Positions 52,147 to 62,073 of a stretch of 62,308 bases of DNA are shown here, piece after piece. The notes beneath the pieces are model-generated. The model saw only the letters and a list, made by a program, of their open reading frames with translations. It had not been told where the DNA came from and searched no databases. The translations under genes were made by a program, and so were the position numbers. Numbering within the stretch: the first letter of the stretch is position 1; each line of letters starts with the position of its first letter. The DNA comes from a virus (Duplodnaviria; Caudoviricetes), in IMG/VR virus record IMGVR_UViG_3300037797_000094, positions 1 to 62,308 of that record; one strand, written 5' to 3'.

Positions 52147-53214
52147 TTAAGCTACGATTGCGCCGAAGATACCGCGCCACTCAACTGGAACGAAGGCGAA
52201 GTCATGGCGGATCTTGTACTCAATCTCGTCGAACTCGAAGGAGTAAGGATCATTACCACCAAGCACTGCTCGAACTCCAGGATCCTTGAGACCAAGGAAT
52301 GGAGTCTTATTCCCGTTCAGAAGAACCTGTGCCAGGAATGCCAAGCGTCCCTTCAGATCAATGCTCATGTACCAGTTGTTAGAGTCAGTGAAGAAAGGCT
52401 CCTCCAAGACGGTATATCGACCACGAACCAGGTTGGGGATGTTGTTATCGCCAGTACCAGAAGCTGTATTAGGAACCAACTCCTGACCATTAAGCACCTG
52501 AACAATCCAGCGAAGTTCAGTCGGAATAATCAGAGTACGAGTAGCTCCAGGAACAACAATCTGGAACCCTTCATCGTCTGTCTGATCCTCAAGAGCGGTC
52601 TCAGCAGCGATTAGGGCGTTAACACCATCTTCATCTGGAGTTAGAGCTGTTGACCCCAAGTTTCCATGAGCAGAGGAGAAGAGAGCATTGCCGTCAAACA
52701 TCGTCGGGTTGCTCTGGAACTGATTAATAGCTGCTTCCTTAGACATGGTGCGCGCGAGGGCATCAGCAAAGTCGTCAGGAAGTGAAGTCAGCTTATTCAG
52801 TCGATCAGAGATCACCAGTCGACGAGTAAGAGCGAATCCAGCGCCGAACTCCCGAATTGCCAACGTTCCACCGGGCAGCTCCTTAACAGCTAGCTGCTCG
52901 TATGGACCGTTAGGCGATCGCTCTGGAATATCAGGAAAACGACCCCAAGTGCTCCAGGTGTAATCTTCGAAGTCTTCCACAGGAGTATCGGCAGAATACA
53001 GGTCGAACTGCCCCTGAATCTCTTCGAATTTATCCTGGAAGCGATGACGCAAGAAGTGACCAATGTAGGTGGGGAAGTCGGCGACAGACATCGCTTCCTG
53101 GCTGTCTTCCTCAAACTCCCCGTTTTCAACTGCTTCTCTTGCTTCAATGTAAGCATCGTAGATGCGGACGCGCTTACCGTAAGCAAGCCCCATTGGATTA
53201 CCGAGTGGGGGCAT
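52147..53214 (-). CDS. Major capsid protein (Mu gpT-like, HK97 fold)
   Basis: DFP; FG..F.LTR...I.D; DGNALFSSAHGN; KIRHDF motifs. Confidence 0.88.
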   Translation of the reverse strand: MPPLGNPMGLAYGKRVRIYDAYIEAREAVENGEFEEDSQEAMSVADFPTYIGHFLRHRFQDKFEEIQGQFDLYSADTPVEDFEDYTWSTWGRFPDIPERSPNGPYEQLAVKELPGGTLAIREFGAGFALTRRLVISDRLNKLTSLPDDFADALARTMSKEAAINQFQSNPTMFDGNALFSSAHGNLGSTALTPDEDGVNALIAAETALEDQTDDEGFQIVVPGATRTLIIPTELRWIVQVLNGQELVPNTASGTGDNNIPNLVRGRYTVLEEPFFTDSNNWYMSIDLKGRLAFLAQVLLNGNKTPFLGLKDPGVRAVLGGNDPYSFEFDEIEYKIRHDFAFVPVEWRGIFGAIVA

Positions 53215-53226
53215 CTATATCTCCTT

Positions 53227-53595
53227 CTAGTAGGCGTTATCGCGGAAGAATCGAACCTTGGCAGCAGTAGCACTACCAGTGGCAGTAGTTCGACCAACTG
53301 GGTTCCAACCGGCAGTTGCCTGACCGTTGGTAGCAGCTGAAATCAGAGGGAGAGTAGTGGCCATAGCCGTCGCTGGAGCATGAAGCTTAGCACCCATCGC
53401 CACGGTGGTAGGAGTGCGAGGAAACTCCCAAACTCCCTCAAGAATAACGGTAGCCCACGCACCAGCTTCTACGTCATCCTGAACAACTCCATAGAAGCCC
53501 TTCTCAAAGACAAGATCACCAGCAGTATGAGCTGCCGCGCAAAGAATCCGAAGTCGGCCGTCACTGTGACCACGGATAACTTCATTAGTCGCCAT
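53227..53595 (-). CDS. Capsid decoration or cement protein (DUF2190-like)
   Basis: AGDLV...GV..DD...G...LEGVWEF pattern; directly upstream of capsid gene. Confidence 0.7.
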   Translation of the reverse strand: MATNEVIRGHSDGRLRILCAAAHTAGDLVFEKGFYGVVQDDVEAGAWATVILEGVWEFPRTPTTVAMGAKLHAPATAMATTLPLISAATNGQATAGWNPVGRTTATGSATAAKVRFFRDNAY

Positions 53596-54687
53596 CTATT
53601 CTGCCTCCTCATCTGGATCCTTGTCTCCACCAACCTTGGCCGTCTTCTTCAGACTGAAGGCATCTGCCAGGGATTCGTGGGCACGTCCAAGCGATCCAGT
53701 CTTCGCCTTGCCGGAAGGACCAGCTCCAATAACCTTAGGTCCAGCTCCTGCTTCCTTGAGTTCCGTCTTGGCATCCTCGATAGATTCCTTGACGCGCTCC
53801 TCGTTAAACTCAGTAGCACCATCAAAGGAAGCAACAATCCGATTCTTCGTCCGCTGTGGTAGAGGTGAACGGTTAACAAGATTAGCAATCTTGCCATGAA
53901 CCTCTGCCTGCTCGGACTTTTTCTTATCTACTCCCTCGATAACACGAGTTACGATCGACTCAATAGCCTTTTCATCCAAAGCAACAGCCGTGCCGTTCTT
54001 CTTGGAAGCGGTGTGCTTAACACCTGACTCTTCTTCGTCGTCATCCTCGTCGTCATCGTCACCTTCTGACTCTTTTGCCTTGGTGGAGTACTTTTCCTTA
54101 AACGCCGTCGCGAGATCTGGCGCATTCTCTTCCACCATATCAAGAGTCACCGAACCCCAATCGATGGCATCGGGCATTTCGATTCCCTCTGTAGCGTAGA
54201 ATTGATCATAACCCCCACCTGCAGACGGGTAGACTACCCAATCCACAGAATGGACCTTCACAATCTCGTCAATATCTTCCTTGATCCTTCCATTTACCCT
54301 CGTGCGAGTACCAGCCAGCCTAGCGTCGTGAGAAACTCCAATATGTTCCTTAGCCTTCTGTGCAAACTCCTGAAACTCTGTATTGAACCACTTCACCTTT
54401 CCGCGGATTCGGGCTCTCCCGTCTGGATGAGTGTCATCATACTTTGTTTCAGTGATTCCAGAGACTAGTTCTTTGATAGATCTCTTAAGGGGAGGCCCAT
54501 CTGAGTGATCAACGAATTGCCGCTGATTCTCATATCGTCGCTGGAGCACAGCCTGCTTTAGAGTATTCTTCTTGTAGTTCCGACCATTGATAGATTCACC
54601 CTCTTTAACGATGGTGATCCAAGTTTCATCGTCGTCGAAACTTGCTTCGCTGGCTCGAAAGACGTCACGAGCTTGGAAGCTTGGCAT
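53596..54687 (-). CDS. Prohead protease/scaffold
   Basis: S.NGRNY; FVDH; IGVSH; SVDWV..PSAGG; helical C-terminus. Confidence 0.85.
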   Translation of the reverse strand: MPSFQARDVFRASEASFDDDETWITIVKEGESINGRNYKKNTLKQAVLQRRYENQRQFVDHSDGPPLKRSIKELVSGITETKYDDTHPDGRARIRGKVKWFNTEFQEFAQKAKEHIGVSHDARLAGTRTRVNGRIKEDIDEIVKVHSVDWVVYPSAGGGYDQFYATEGIEMPDAIDWGSVTLDMVEENAPDLATAFKEKYSTKAKESEGDDDDEDDDEEESGVKHTASKKNGTAVALDEKAIESIVTRVIEGVDKKKSEQAEVHGKIANLVNRSPLPQRTKNRIVASFDGATEFNEERVKESIEDAKTELKEAGAGPKVIGAGPSGKAKTGSLGRAHESLADAFSLKKTAKVGGDKDPDEEAE

Positions 54688-54689
54688 AT

Positions 54690-55169
54690 CTACTCCTTAT
54701 CAGGCGCGGACTCAGACTTCTTATCATCTACACCTAGCTGCTTGTTGACATCTGCTAGTTCAGCTTCAAGTGATTCCCTGCGAGCTTGAAGTGCACTAGA
54801 CTGGTCAACTGCAGAAGTCCCAGCATGACGAGCTGAATTACTCTCAGCAGCACTTCCTACTTCGAAAGTCTCAACAACAACTGTGAGGTCAATATCAGCT
54901 GGAGGCTTAGGACCAGCCAAGTGGCGAAGTGCCTTGCCATTCTTACTAAGCTGGTACTTACCGCCAGCATCAGTAACAACCACCTTGGTCTGATCATTGT
55001 AACCAAGGATATTAGATCTCTTCAGACCCAATGCCTTCGCAATAACCTTGGTAACCTGATTATCTCGAGCTTTCTTCTCAGCAGCTTCGGTCTCAGTGGG
55101 TTCTGCCACACCAAGATTGCTGGGACGCGTAATCGGCTTCGCGAACTCAGCAGCTGACGCATTAGCCAT
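54690..55169 (-). CDS. Head-region protein, paralog of 55179-55376
   Basis: ILGYN...T..GGKYQ...HLAGP shared motif. Confidence 0.7.
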   Translation of the reverse strand: MANASAAEFAKPITRPSNLGVAEPTETEAAEKKARDNQVTKVIAKALGLKRSNILGYNDQTKVVVTDAGGKYQLSKNGKALRHLAGPKPPADIDLTVVVETFEVGSAAESNSARHAGTSAVDQSSALQARRESLEAELADVNKQLGVDDKKSESAPDKE

Positions 55170-55178
55170 TTGGTTCTC

Positions 55179-55376
55179 CTAAATTCGATCTGTGGGGTCA
55201 GGAGAAGGTCCGGTTAGATGTAGAATCTCCCCGGTTTCAGCAATCTGATAAAGTCCACCGTTCTTTGTGGAAATCTTCCCAGTATTAAGATTATAGGCAA
55301 GGATATCTTCGATAGAGTAACCCGAATACTCTAAGAAGTCCCACAATCTATCTTTTAGAGCTTCCTTCACCGTCAC
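55179..55376 (-). CDS. Head-region protein
   Basis: ILAYN...T.NGGLYQ...HLTGP. Confidence 0.7.
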   Translation of the reverse strand: MTVKEALKDRLWDFLEYSGYSIEDILAYNLNTGKISTKNGGLYQIAETGEILHLTGPSPDPTDRI

Positions 55377-56089
55377 AAGTTCAACCTGATTTCTTCAAGG
55401 ATATCACGTAGTTCAAGCTGTAAACTCTCATTAACCGGAAACCCTTGATCTCGAAGTGTACAACCACAACGGGTCAATCCCTTGCAAACCTCTCCACTGC
55501 CTGGAATACCCGGGACCACAGGAAGGCTCAGGCGGGAGAAATCATTGATCTTATATGGACCTCCTAATGCTGCATCAATGCAAGGATCACAATGGTCAGT
55601 ATCACCAAGAATCCAACTGTAAGGGCGATCTGGGAGAGCTGATACACGGCCGAGCTCAAAAACACCCCTGAGCGCCGAGAAGTATAGTCTAGCACGAGGC
55701 TCTGGAGCTAGATCAAGTAAACCTCTTGATAAGTCACGTCCAAAGCTCTGTAGGAATTTTCGTTCTCCGAAGAGTTCTGCATTCAGCACTCCTATGTCTT
55801 CTGAAGTTAATACATGGAATGGATCTACAGAAAGAGCTCCCAGAGAGAAGACAGTGTAATAAGCTTGGCGAAGACTATTCATTACTTGCCTCACGAATGC
55901 CCGCCGACCTATATCACCTTGTTGCAGATCGTTGATAAACTTGGCAAGGCGGTCGGCGAGTATTCGTGATCGCTCGCGGAAAACGCGAACTATAAATGCA
56001 CGGTCCACCTGCCCGTATGAAGAGGAGATAGGATTAAGATAAACTTCTCCTTCAACCTCGATCTCAAGTGGACCGCTGAACAGAGTCAA
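55373..56089 (-). CDS. Minor head protein (MuF-like)
   Basis: W.LG..DHC..C...PG....C....CGC.L Cys motifs; lies downstream of portal. Confidence 0.7.
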   Translation of the reverse strand: MTLFSGPLEIEVEGEVYLNPISSSYGQVDRAFIVRVFRERSRILADRLAKFINDLQQGDIGRRAFVRQVMNSLRQAYYTVFSLGALSVDPFHVLTSEDIGVLNAELFGERKFLQSFGRDLSRGLLDLAPEPRARLYFSALRGVFELGRVSALPDRPYSWILGDTDHCDPCIDAALGGPYKINDFSRLSLPVVPGIPGSGEVCKGLTRCGCTLRDQGFPVNESLQLELRDILEEIRLNL

Positions 56090-56229
56090 GTTATTGCCTC
56101 ACCCGCTAGTTCAGCAACCGCTAAGAGGATTACTGCAACTGCAAGAACAGGATAACCTGCCCAATCTGGAATTAGAGAAGCAATTGCTAGAAGTAATGCA
56201 ATCACTATCAGGATTAATCTAACTCTCAT
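56086..56229 (-). CDS. Small two-TM protein (not in ORF track)
   Basis: Hand translation MRVRLILIVIALLLAIASLIPDWAGYPVLAVAVILLAVAELAGEAIT; coupled on both sides. Confidence 0.65.
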   Translation of the reverse strand: MRVRLILIVIALLLAIASLIPDWAGYPVLAVAVILLAVAELAGEAIT

Positions 56230-56342
56230 CTTTTCTTCCCTTTTGGACGAACTTTAGTTCCATATTTCTTGGCCCATCGCTTGGCGATTTTCGGATGTCG
56301 CGCAAACATGAACCGTCTCTGCTTGGCGCTCCGAAATGGCAT
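56226..56342 (-). CDS. Small basic peptide (not in ORF track)
   Basis: Hand translation MPFRSAKQRRFMFARHPKIAKRWAKKYGTKVRPKGKKR; TAATG and ATGA coupling. Confidence 0.75.
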   Translation of the reverse strand: MPFRSAKQRRFMFARHPKIAKRWAKKYGTKVRPKGKKR

Positions 56343-56434
56343 TACTTCTTCCTTGATTTGAACCGCTTGGGAACTTTAACTTTCTTAGGTTTAACTTTCT
56401 TACCTTTGATCCGATAACCTTTACCTGGAGGCAT
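56342..56434 (-). CDS. Small Lys-rich peptide (not in ORF track)
   Basis: Hand translation MPPGKGYRIKGKKVKPKKVKVPKRFKSRKK; GGAG RBS. Confidence 0.65.
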   Translation of the reverse strand: MPPGKGYRIKGKKVKPKKVKVPKRFKSRKK

Positions 56435-56436
56435 AA

Positions 56437-56637
56437 TCAACTACTCCGTTTAAAGGCATCCTCTACTCGTTGAATTCTATCGTCCATTCGACGAACTAGC
56501 TGTCGTCTTTCTCCAGGATCATAAGGATGGTGCTCTATGCGTGGTTCAATATCATGAGCAAGACCACCGGCTTCAGGTCCATGTAAAGGATCATCCTGTT
56601 GACGGTTACAAACCAAGCACGGTCGCGGATCACCCAT
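56437..56637 (-). CDS. Hypothetical protein
   Basis: TAATG overlap with portal stop. Confidence 0.6.
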   Translation of the reverse strand: MGDPRPCLVCNRQQDDPLHGPEAGGLAHDIEPRIEHHPYDPGERRQLVRRMDDRIQRVEDAFKRSS

Positions 56638-58571
56638 TAACCAGCTCCTGGACGTTTATCAGCAGCTACTCTACCAACTCTACTGATCGGTGGCTTCCCC
56701 TTAGCAAGCCTCTTAGTCTCAGCATCAGCTCCTGATCCAGCCTTCGTGAATCCTGCTACCCCCTGACCATTCTTCCCATTTGTCTTAGGAGCTGGTCCCA
56801 CGTCTGGATTAGCCATGTTATCCATCATAGCCTGACGTTGCTCTTCCTTGAGTGCCTCAACTCTTGCCTCTTCAGCTTCAACCAATGGCATAAGCTGATC
56901 AACATTCGGCACCCGTAGAACTGTCATAGCACCACGGATAGCTTCTTTCTTGACGACCTGATTTCCTGGAGCAATCTGCTGGGCCATCTGAGCCCAAGCA
57001 GTCATATGCTTCACAACGTCCTTAGTGATGATGGGCGGGAAGTCCCAGCTCACAACATCCCAAACGGTAACTTTACCCTTCTTCTCAGGACGGATCAGTT
57101 TAACTCCAGCTGGCTTTTCAGAAGTACTAGCAACAATCTTGAGGTCTGTCGCCTCAGTTGCGTCTTCCTCAAATGGGATATCCTCTCCGAATGCCAGACG
57201 TAGGACGTATGCGAAGATCTCCATGTAGCGGTTCTTGAGCCAGGTCTGCCAATCCTCGTAGTTCTTAACCATTGGCAGTTCCATGGCTTGTGCAGTAGCA
57301 AGGTTGGCATCTCCGCCCTCACCGAAGTAGTGGATATTAGTCCCAAATCCGGTGCCACCCATCATGAGCAGCATTCTAGCATCTTCCTTGGCGTTAGCAG
57401 CACCAGTATCGGTTTTCATCCACTCCAAGTCAGCTGCTTCATTGCGATCATAGATAGCACCACCGACCGGACGAGTGAGAGTTCTAGTTTCTGTCTCCTC
57501 AATCTCTGAATTAGATCCAATAGGAAGGCCGCCTAGTTTACCAGATATCTGAGCTACTGCAGTAGGACCGCCTTTGACAGTTCTCTTGTAACCTATCGCC
57601 ATTGCTGCTCGGTTAATAGCAGCTCTATCACCCATGAATTCTTTGAAGATTCGAATCCATTCGCGAGAAGCGTAAAGCTCAGAGATACCACGCTTACCAC
57701 TCTTTGTCCACAGAGGGTTAACGTAGATATGCATCATCTTAATAGGCTGACCGTCAGCATCTTTAGCGATCCGCTTTTCGGGGATCTTGATGCCATCTCC
57801 GATGTCTTCGAGCTTCTCATCACTGATACGGAAGTCGCGGTAGAAGAGAACTTTCTTCTTAGTCTTCTCTACCGTCTCGTATCGTTCTCTAGTACCATCA
57901 TACTTCTGTGGCATGAACTCCCGCTTGTAGTAAACGGGGATACGACGGTTCTCAGGATCATAGATGATATCTTTGACTTCTTCTAGTGGGATATCTGCAA
58001 CTTTAAGATATGGAGCAACATTAGGTGCTTCATAACAGGCAACAAACTTCTCACCATCAGTAGCTGTCTCATCAAGGAGTTCATCCATTGAATCATGAGT
58101 GGTGAGAAGTGCCTTGTTATCTTCATCCTCCCAGAAGTCGGTCAGTACGTCATGTACTTCATCACTCTTGGTAATCCATGAGATTCCCTGTCCAAGAGTG
58201 AACCGCTTGATCAGCCGGATCCCCTGCTTCGCAATAGGATTATCGTGACGCAGGCGGCGTAACCGAAGTAGTGTTTTGTCGCTGTTGGCACTTGGCAGAA
58301 CTTCACGAATCTTATCACCCATCTCAAAGAGATTGAGGTAATCAAGATCCTCAAGTGTACGAGCTAGGATGCGATTATCGGCAATAACTGCTTCAATCGC
58401 TCTATCCATTTCCACCATATGGGTTGAGATCTCAGTATCCCGCCCCACCCACTCCGAACGCTCTTGCTCAAACTCGGACTCACGAGCATGCAGCTGTACT
58501 TCGTAAGAGTCACGAATGCCAAATGCTTCAGCTATTGCTTCTTGAACGCGATTCATAGTAGTCCGCCTCAT
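56637..58571 (-). CDS. Portal protein (start possibly 58556)
   Basis: After terminase; NPIAKQ; DGE.F; RGISEL; DANLATA..M. Confidence 0.85.
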   Translation of the reverse strand: MRRTTMNRVQEAIAEAFGIRDSYEVQLHARESEFEQERSEWVGRDTEISTHMVEMDRAIEAVIADNRILARTLEDLDYLNLFEMGDKIREVLPSANSDKTLLRLRRLRHDNPIAKQGIRLIKRFTLGQGISWITKSDEVHDVLTDFWEDEDNKALLTTHDSMDELLDETATDGEKFVACYEAPNVAPYLKVADIPLEEVKDIIYDPENRRIPVYYKREFMPQKYDGTRERYETVEKTKKKVLFYRDFRISDEKLEDIGDGIKIPEKRIAKDADGQPIKMMHIYVNPLWTKSGKRGISELYASREWIRIFKEFMGDRAAINRAAMAIGYKRTVKGGPTAVAQISGKLGGLPIGSNSEIEETETRTLTRPVGGAIYDRNEAADLEWMKTDTGAANAKEDARMLLMMGGTGFGTNIHYFGEGGDANLATAQAMELPMVKNYEDWQTWLKNRYMEIFAYVLRLAFGEDIPFEEDATEATDLKIVASTSEKPAGVKLIRPEKKGKVTVWDVVSWDFPPIITKDVVKHMTAWAQMAQQIAPGNQVVKKEAIRGAMTVLRVPNVDQLMPLVEAEEARVEALKEEQRQAMMDNMANPDVGPAPKTNGKNGQGVAGFTKAGSGADAETKRLAKGKPPISRVGRVAADKRPGAG

Positions 58572-58681
58572 GGCGAATTGTCTTCCGACCAGCTATCTTA
58601 GCTTGGTCATAAGTATCTCGATCACCCTGAATGAGTTTAGGATCAGGACCTGGACCAACAACGAAGAAAGCAGTTCTACCA

Positions 58682-60163
58682 TCATTCCATTTGGGTATAA
58701 GCAAGAGCATCCAACCCTTGTAGGGACCGAAGATCTGCTTCATCGTAGTACTCGTCCTCGAATTGAACTCCAGAGAGGTCGATTCCCATTTCCTCGTAGG
58801 TAGTAACTCCAACAGATTCTTCAAAAGGAGCTTCATTGAATAGTTGTGGGAATATGTTCCGAAGTCCATACCGAATAGCATCCATCGCATGATTGTCCAC
58901 GTCCACAGGCTTGCCTGACGGATTTGTCTCGATCCGCTTCCGGCTCTCGTCTGGGTAGTGATACTGTCCATGCTCTTTGATGGCATTCATGCATCGAGGA
59001 TTGAACTGGATCCGTGGTACAATTACTCCAGAGTTTAGTTGCTTACCTTCGTCATCAAACTCTGGCTCAACGGACTGCCAGGGATCACGAAGGAACATGT
59101 GGTAGACTTCGATACCCTGCTGGATCTTTGGCTTATCACCATGAGCATTGAAGCCCCTCAGTCGCCAGGTAGCTGCAGGTTCAGCTGCTGCCTGGTCAAT
59201 GATGACATCCAGTTCTGGAGAAGGATTACCATAGTCGTCCAGGATGAATTCTGCCCACTTAGCGATCGCCATATCAATGATACGATCTGAAGTCATCCCT
59301 GTTCGATAGATTTCATCCAGCACGTACACCTGTTCGTCAGGTGTGATTTGGACAAGCAAGACGCAGTATGGGGCTGTGATTCCTGGGTCGATCCATAGCG
59401 CCGTCCGTAGACCTGAGGTGTACGTAACTGCGCTGACGTGGATCTCGTCCGAGAACTCCGGAAAGACAAGACCACCGTACGCGATGAACTTTGCTTCCCA
59501 TTCCTGCGCAAAAGCTTCTGGAGTAGACGTGCGACGCGCATTCTCGATTTCCTCTTCACCGAGGATAGGATTCTCTCGGCTTGGGATCATCCACGATTCC
59601 CAGTCCGGGAATGAAGGATCTTGCCCTCTCTTGTAGAAGTCGTGGAAGTAGTTGAAGCCGCGCGGGGTAGACGTGGCGAGGATCTTGCCCTTGCGGTCGG
59701 AGATCGCGGGGCGGATATACTGGTCGAAGGTCCGTAGCTTCAGCCGTGCGGCCTCCGCCAGAACCACAAGGTCTAAGCCTTCTCCGATGAGCTGATCTGG
59801 GTTCTCTTCCGATCGGCACTCAAGGAAGGAACCATTCGCACATTTAATAAACAGCTCACGTTCAGACTTTCTTTCAACCGGAATCCGTCCTTTATCGACG
59901 ATCTGTCTCCAAGCAACTCGGAATTCCTTCTCCGAGAGGTCCATGGAAGGACCGACGATCCAGACGTAACTGCCCGGTACCACCATTTGCGCATAGACTT
60001 CGCGTCCGCCGATAACAGACTTTCCAATTCTTCTACCACCATCTAGAACACGAAATCTAGCCTTCGATCGGTGAATCGCCGCCTGATAGGGCAAGACGCG
60101 TAGGTTTGAATGTTGGAAAATCCGCGCCTTCCTCTTCGGCGTCAGGATCTGACTCCTGGTCAT
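58682..60163 (-). CDS. Terminase large subunit
   Basis: PYQ; GGRRIGKS Walker A; VLAEAA Walker B; STPRG; IDPG; NHAMDAIRY nuclease motifs; start placed at MTRSQ. Confidence 0.93.
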   Translation of the reverse strand: MTRSQILTPKRKARIFQHSNLRVLPYQAAIHRSKARFRVLDGGRRIGKSVIGGREVYAQMVVPGSYVWIVGPSMDLSEKEFRVAWRQIVDKGRIPVERKSERELFIKCANGSFLECRSEENPDQLIGEGLDLVVLAEAARLKLRTFDQYIRPAISDRKGKILATSTPRGFNYFHDFYKRGQDPSFPDWESWMIPSRENPILGEEEIENARRTSTPEAFAQEWEAKFIAYGGLVFPEFSDEIHVSAVTYTSGLRTALWIDPGITAPYCVLLVQITPDEQVYVLDEIYRTGMTSDRIIDMAIAKWAEFILDDYGNPSPELDVIIDQAAAEPAATWRLRGFNAHGDKPKIQQGIEVYHMFLRDPWQSVEPEFDDEGKQLNSGVIVPRIQFNPRCMNAIKEHGQYHYPDESRKRIETNPSGKPVDVDNHAMDAIRYGLRNIFPQLFNEAPFEESVGVTTYEEMGIDLSGVQFEDEYYDEADLRSLQGLDALAYTQME

Positions 60164-60782
60164 TATCCCCGAAGAATGCCGCGTTGAAGACTTCTTCGTA
60201 GTTGTGCTGGTTGAATTCCTGGTGGATGTTAACGGCACTAGCCTTACCTCTACCCAGACCAACTCGATCGCCAACTCGGAGCAGGTCAAGTAGTTCCATC
60301 TTTTTAATAAGCTTGGGATTCGTGCGGCGACCCACTTCCTTCATTACCCGGCCGCGAATCTTATTGGCTAATAGCTCCTGGAGCTCCGCGACGCGCTCAC
60401 GGAAGTCTGGATCAGCAACATATTTGGCGATTTGCCGATGCGAGATGCCCGCGCGGCGTGCTGCCATGCGGCGCGTCCCGCCCACCGCGAGCACCGCTGC
60501 TGCTTGCTCCTTCCGAGCTTGCATCGCAGCATATCGAACTCGTTTCTTGATCTTATCATCAATAGCTTCAGTCATAGTCTTCGCCTTGATGAGCTTGAGC
60601 CCCTCCTCTACCGCCGGAGCTCTGTGCCTCACCATGCTGCTATCGCCATCAAGCACTTTGAAGTCGTATTTGTTGCCGTCGTTGTCAGTTGCTCCGGCTT
60701 TTACTTCAGCAAGCTTCTTTTGTGATCGGATGCCATAGAGCTTGTCAGCGTGCTTAGTGTGCTTAGTGTGCTTCTTTGCCAT
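60057..60782 (-). CDS. Putative terminase small subunit (HTH)
   Basis: HTH AARRAGISHRQIAKY..DPDF; directly upstream of the large subunit. Confidence 0.7.
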   Translation of the reverse strand: MAKKHTKHTKHADKLYGIRSQKKLAEVKAGATDNDGNKYDFKVLDGDSSMVRHRAPAVEEGLKLIKAKTMTEAIDDKIKKRVRYAAMQARKEQAAAVLAVGGTRRMAARRAGISHRQIAKYVADPDFRERVAELQELLANKIRGRVMKEVGRRTNPKLIKKMELLDLLRVGDRVGLGRGKASAVNIHQEFNQHNYEEVFNAAFFGDNDQESDPDAEEEGADFPTFKPTRLALSGGDSPIEG

Positions 60783-61260
60783 ACTTGAGGAACCCCTGTC
60801 CTGTCCGTACTGCCTTCACGAGCCGCTCATGAACGTTATAGAGAGATAGATCTAGTTCCTCCGCTATCTCCACTTCGTCCATACCTTGGCAGAACCTTAT
60901 CAGAGGTTTAGCGAGCGGTGGTTGAAAGTTCATCAAGTTCCACAGGGACGAGATGAATGGAAAGAGCTTGGGATTCGGTCGCGATGAGAGCCGATCCCTT
61001 CGTTTCCTCCATTGTGGAAGAGGTTCTCCTGGATCGGGTGGAACCAAGCCTAGACTAACTTCAACGTGTTCGATGAAGCGGTAATCTATAGCTGGTGCGC
61101 CGTAATTCCCGGTGCCCTCTCTAATGGTCACGCGCGAGGGGAGTTCAGTTTGGAAGCCATCTCTGAAGAAGCAGGGACCACAAAGGTAATGTTGATATGG
61201 ATCCCAGAGGAGATAATCCTCAAGATGTTTATGGTGAAGCTTTTCTCTCAAACTCTTCAT
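60763..61260 (-). CDS. Sigma-70 region 4-like HTH protein (late regulator candidate)
   Basis: GMDEVEIAEELDLSLYNVHERLVKA; start placed at MKSLRE. Confidence 0.6.
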   Translation of the reverse strand: MKSLREKLHHKHLEDYLLWDPYQHYLCGPCFFRDGFQTELPSRVTIREGTGNYGAPAIDYRFIEHVEVSLGLVPPDPGEPLPQWRKRRDRLSSRPNPKLFPFISSLWNLMNFQPPLAKPLIRFCQGMDEVEIAEELDLSLYNVHERLVKAVRTGQGFLKYGKEAH

Positions 61261-61418
61261 AGAACACCGCTCCAAAACTGAAACTTCCCACTGGCATGGC
61301 CAGAAGTTCATTCGGGAAGAGCTTGAGAGTCTAATCTCTTCCTATAGGATCTACTGAGGGTAAATCCAGTTTACTAGATCTGCGATTGTTAATGCAAGCT
61401 CCGGTTGCCGTCAGCATC

Positions 61419-61447
61419 ATTTTATCACGTGGGATTTAGGCTGTCAA
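61419..61447 (-). promoter_or_regulatory. Promoter upstream of the late operon
   Basis: TTGACA-17 nt-TAAAAT. Confidence 0.75.
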
Positions 61448-61823
61448 GGTACTATCCAAGCTCTTCCTATTACACCTTACAGGGACGTTCAAGTTTCAGA
61501 ATGAAGTTGCAGATGTTAATCTTGAAATAAACTTGAACTTCCCTCTAAGGTGCCATAGGAGGAGCTTGGCATTTTCATGAAGCTCTCTTCGAAATTTCCT
61601 ATGAGGCTCCAGGACAGCCCGTATGGAGCAAACTTTACCTAAATGGGTCCATTGACCACCAGGTACCATTGGATCCCTTAAAGGACCAAACAGGAGCCTC
61701 AGGGAATAAACTTGAAATTGTCCATAGTCCGACCCGGTACCAGTGGAACCTTTAATGATCCGAGATCACAGTAAAATCTTAGATCTACTTCTAAACCTGT
61801 AATACCCTCGATGCCCTGAGAGT

Positions 61824-61857
61824 GGGCCGGGACTTGCACTAGGCACGGTCCCGGCCC
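61824..61857 (-). terminator. GC-rich hairpin after the terminal small genes
   Basis: GGGCCGGGAC/GTCCCGGCCC perfect 10-bp stem. Confidence 0.55.
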
Positions 61858-61875
61858 GATGCCGCTAGGGCTGGC

Positions 61876-62073
61876 CTAGCAGTCGCAAGGGTGCGTGCTG
61901 CCGCACAATGCACACTCGACGGTCCAACGACCCTCGATGCGGCACGGGTCGCCCTGATCGTCCTGGGCGGCCAGTACGTCGAGCGCATCGAGCACTGACC
62001 GTTGCGGGATGCCAGCCACGATCAGACGCCGCACGGACCGCGCCTGTTCCGCGTGCTGCACCGCGGCGCTCAT
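61876..62073 (-). CDS. Hypothetical protein (GC-rich)
   Basis: ATGA coupling; C-terminal CxxCG..HPC.C. Confidence 0.55.
   Translation of the reverse strand: MSAAVQHAEQARSVRRLIVAGIPQRSVLDALDVLAAQDDQGDPCRIEGRWTVECALCGSTHPCDC

Noticed and set aside
23655-60163. Inteins or introns in polymerase, capsid or terminase genes
   Set aside because: Lengths and motif spacing look normal; no intein splice-junction motifs or interrupted frames seen
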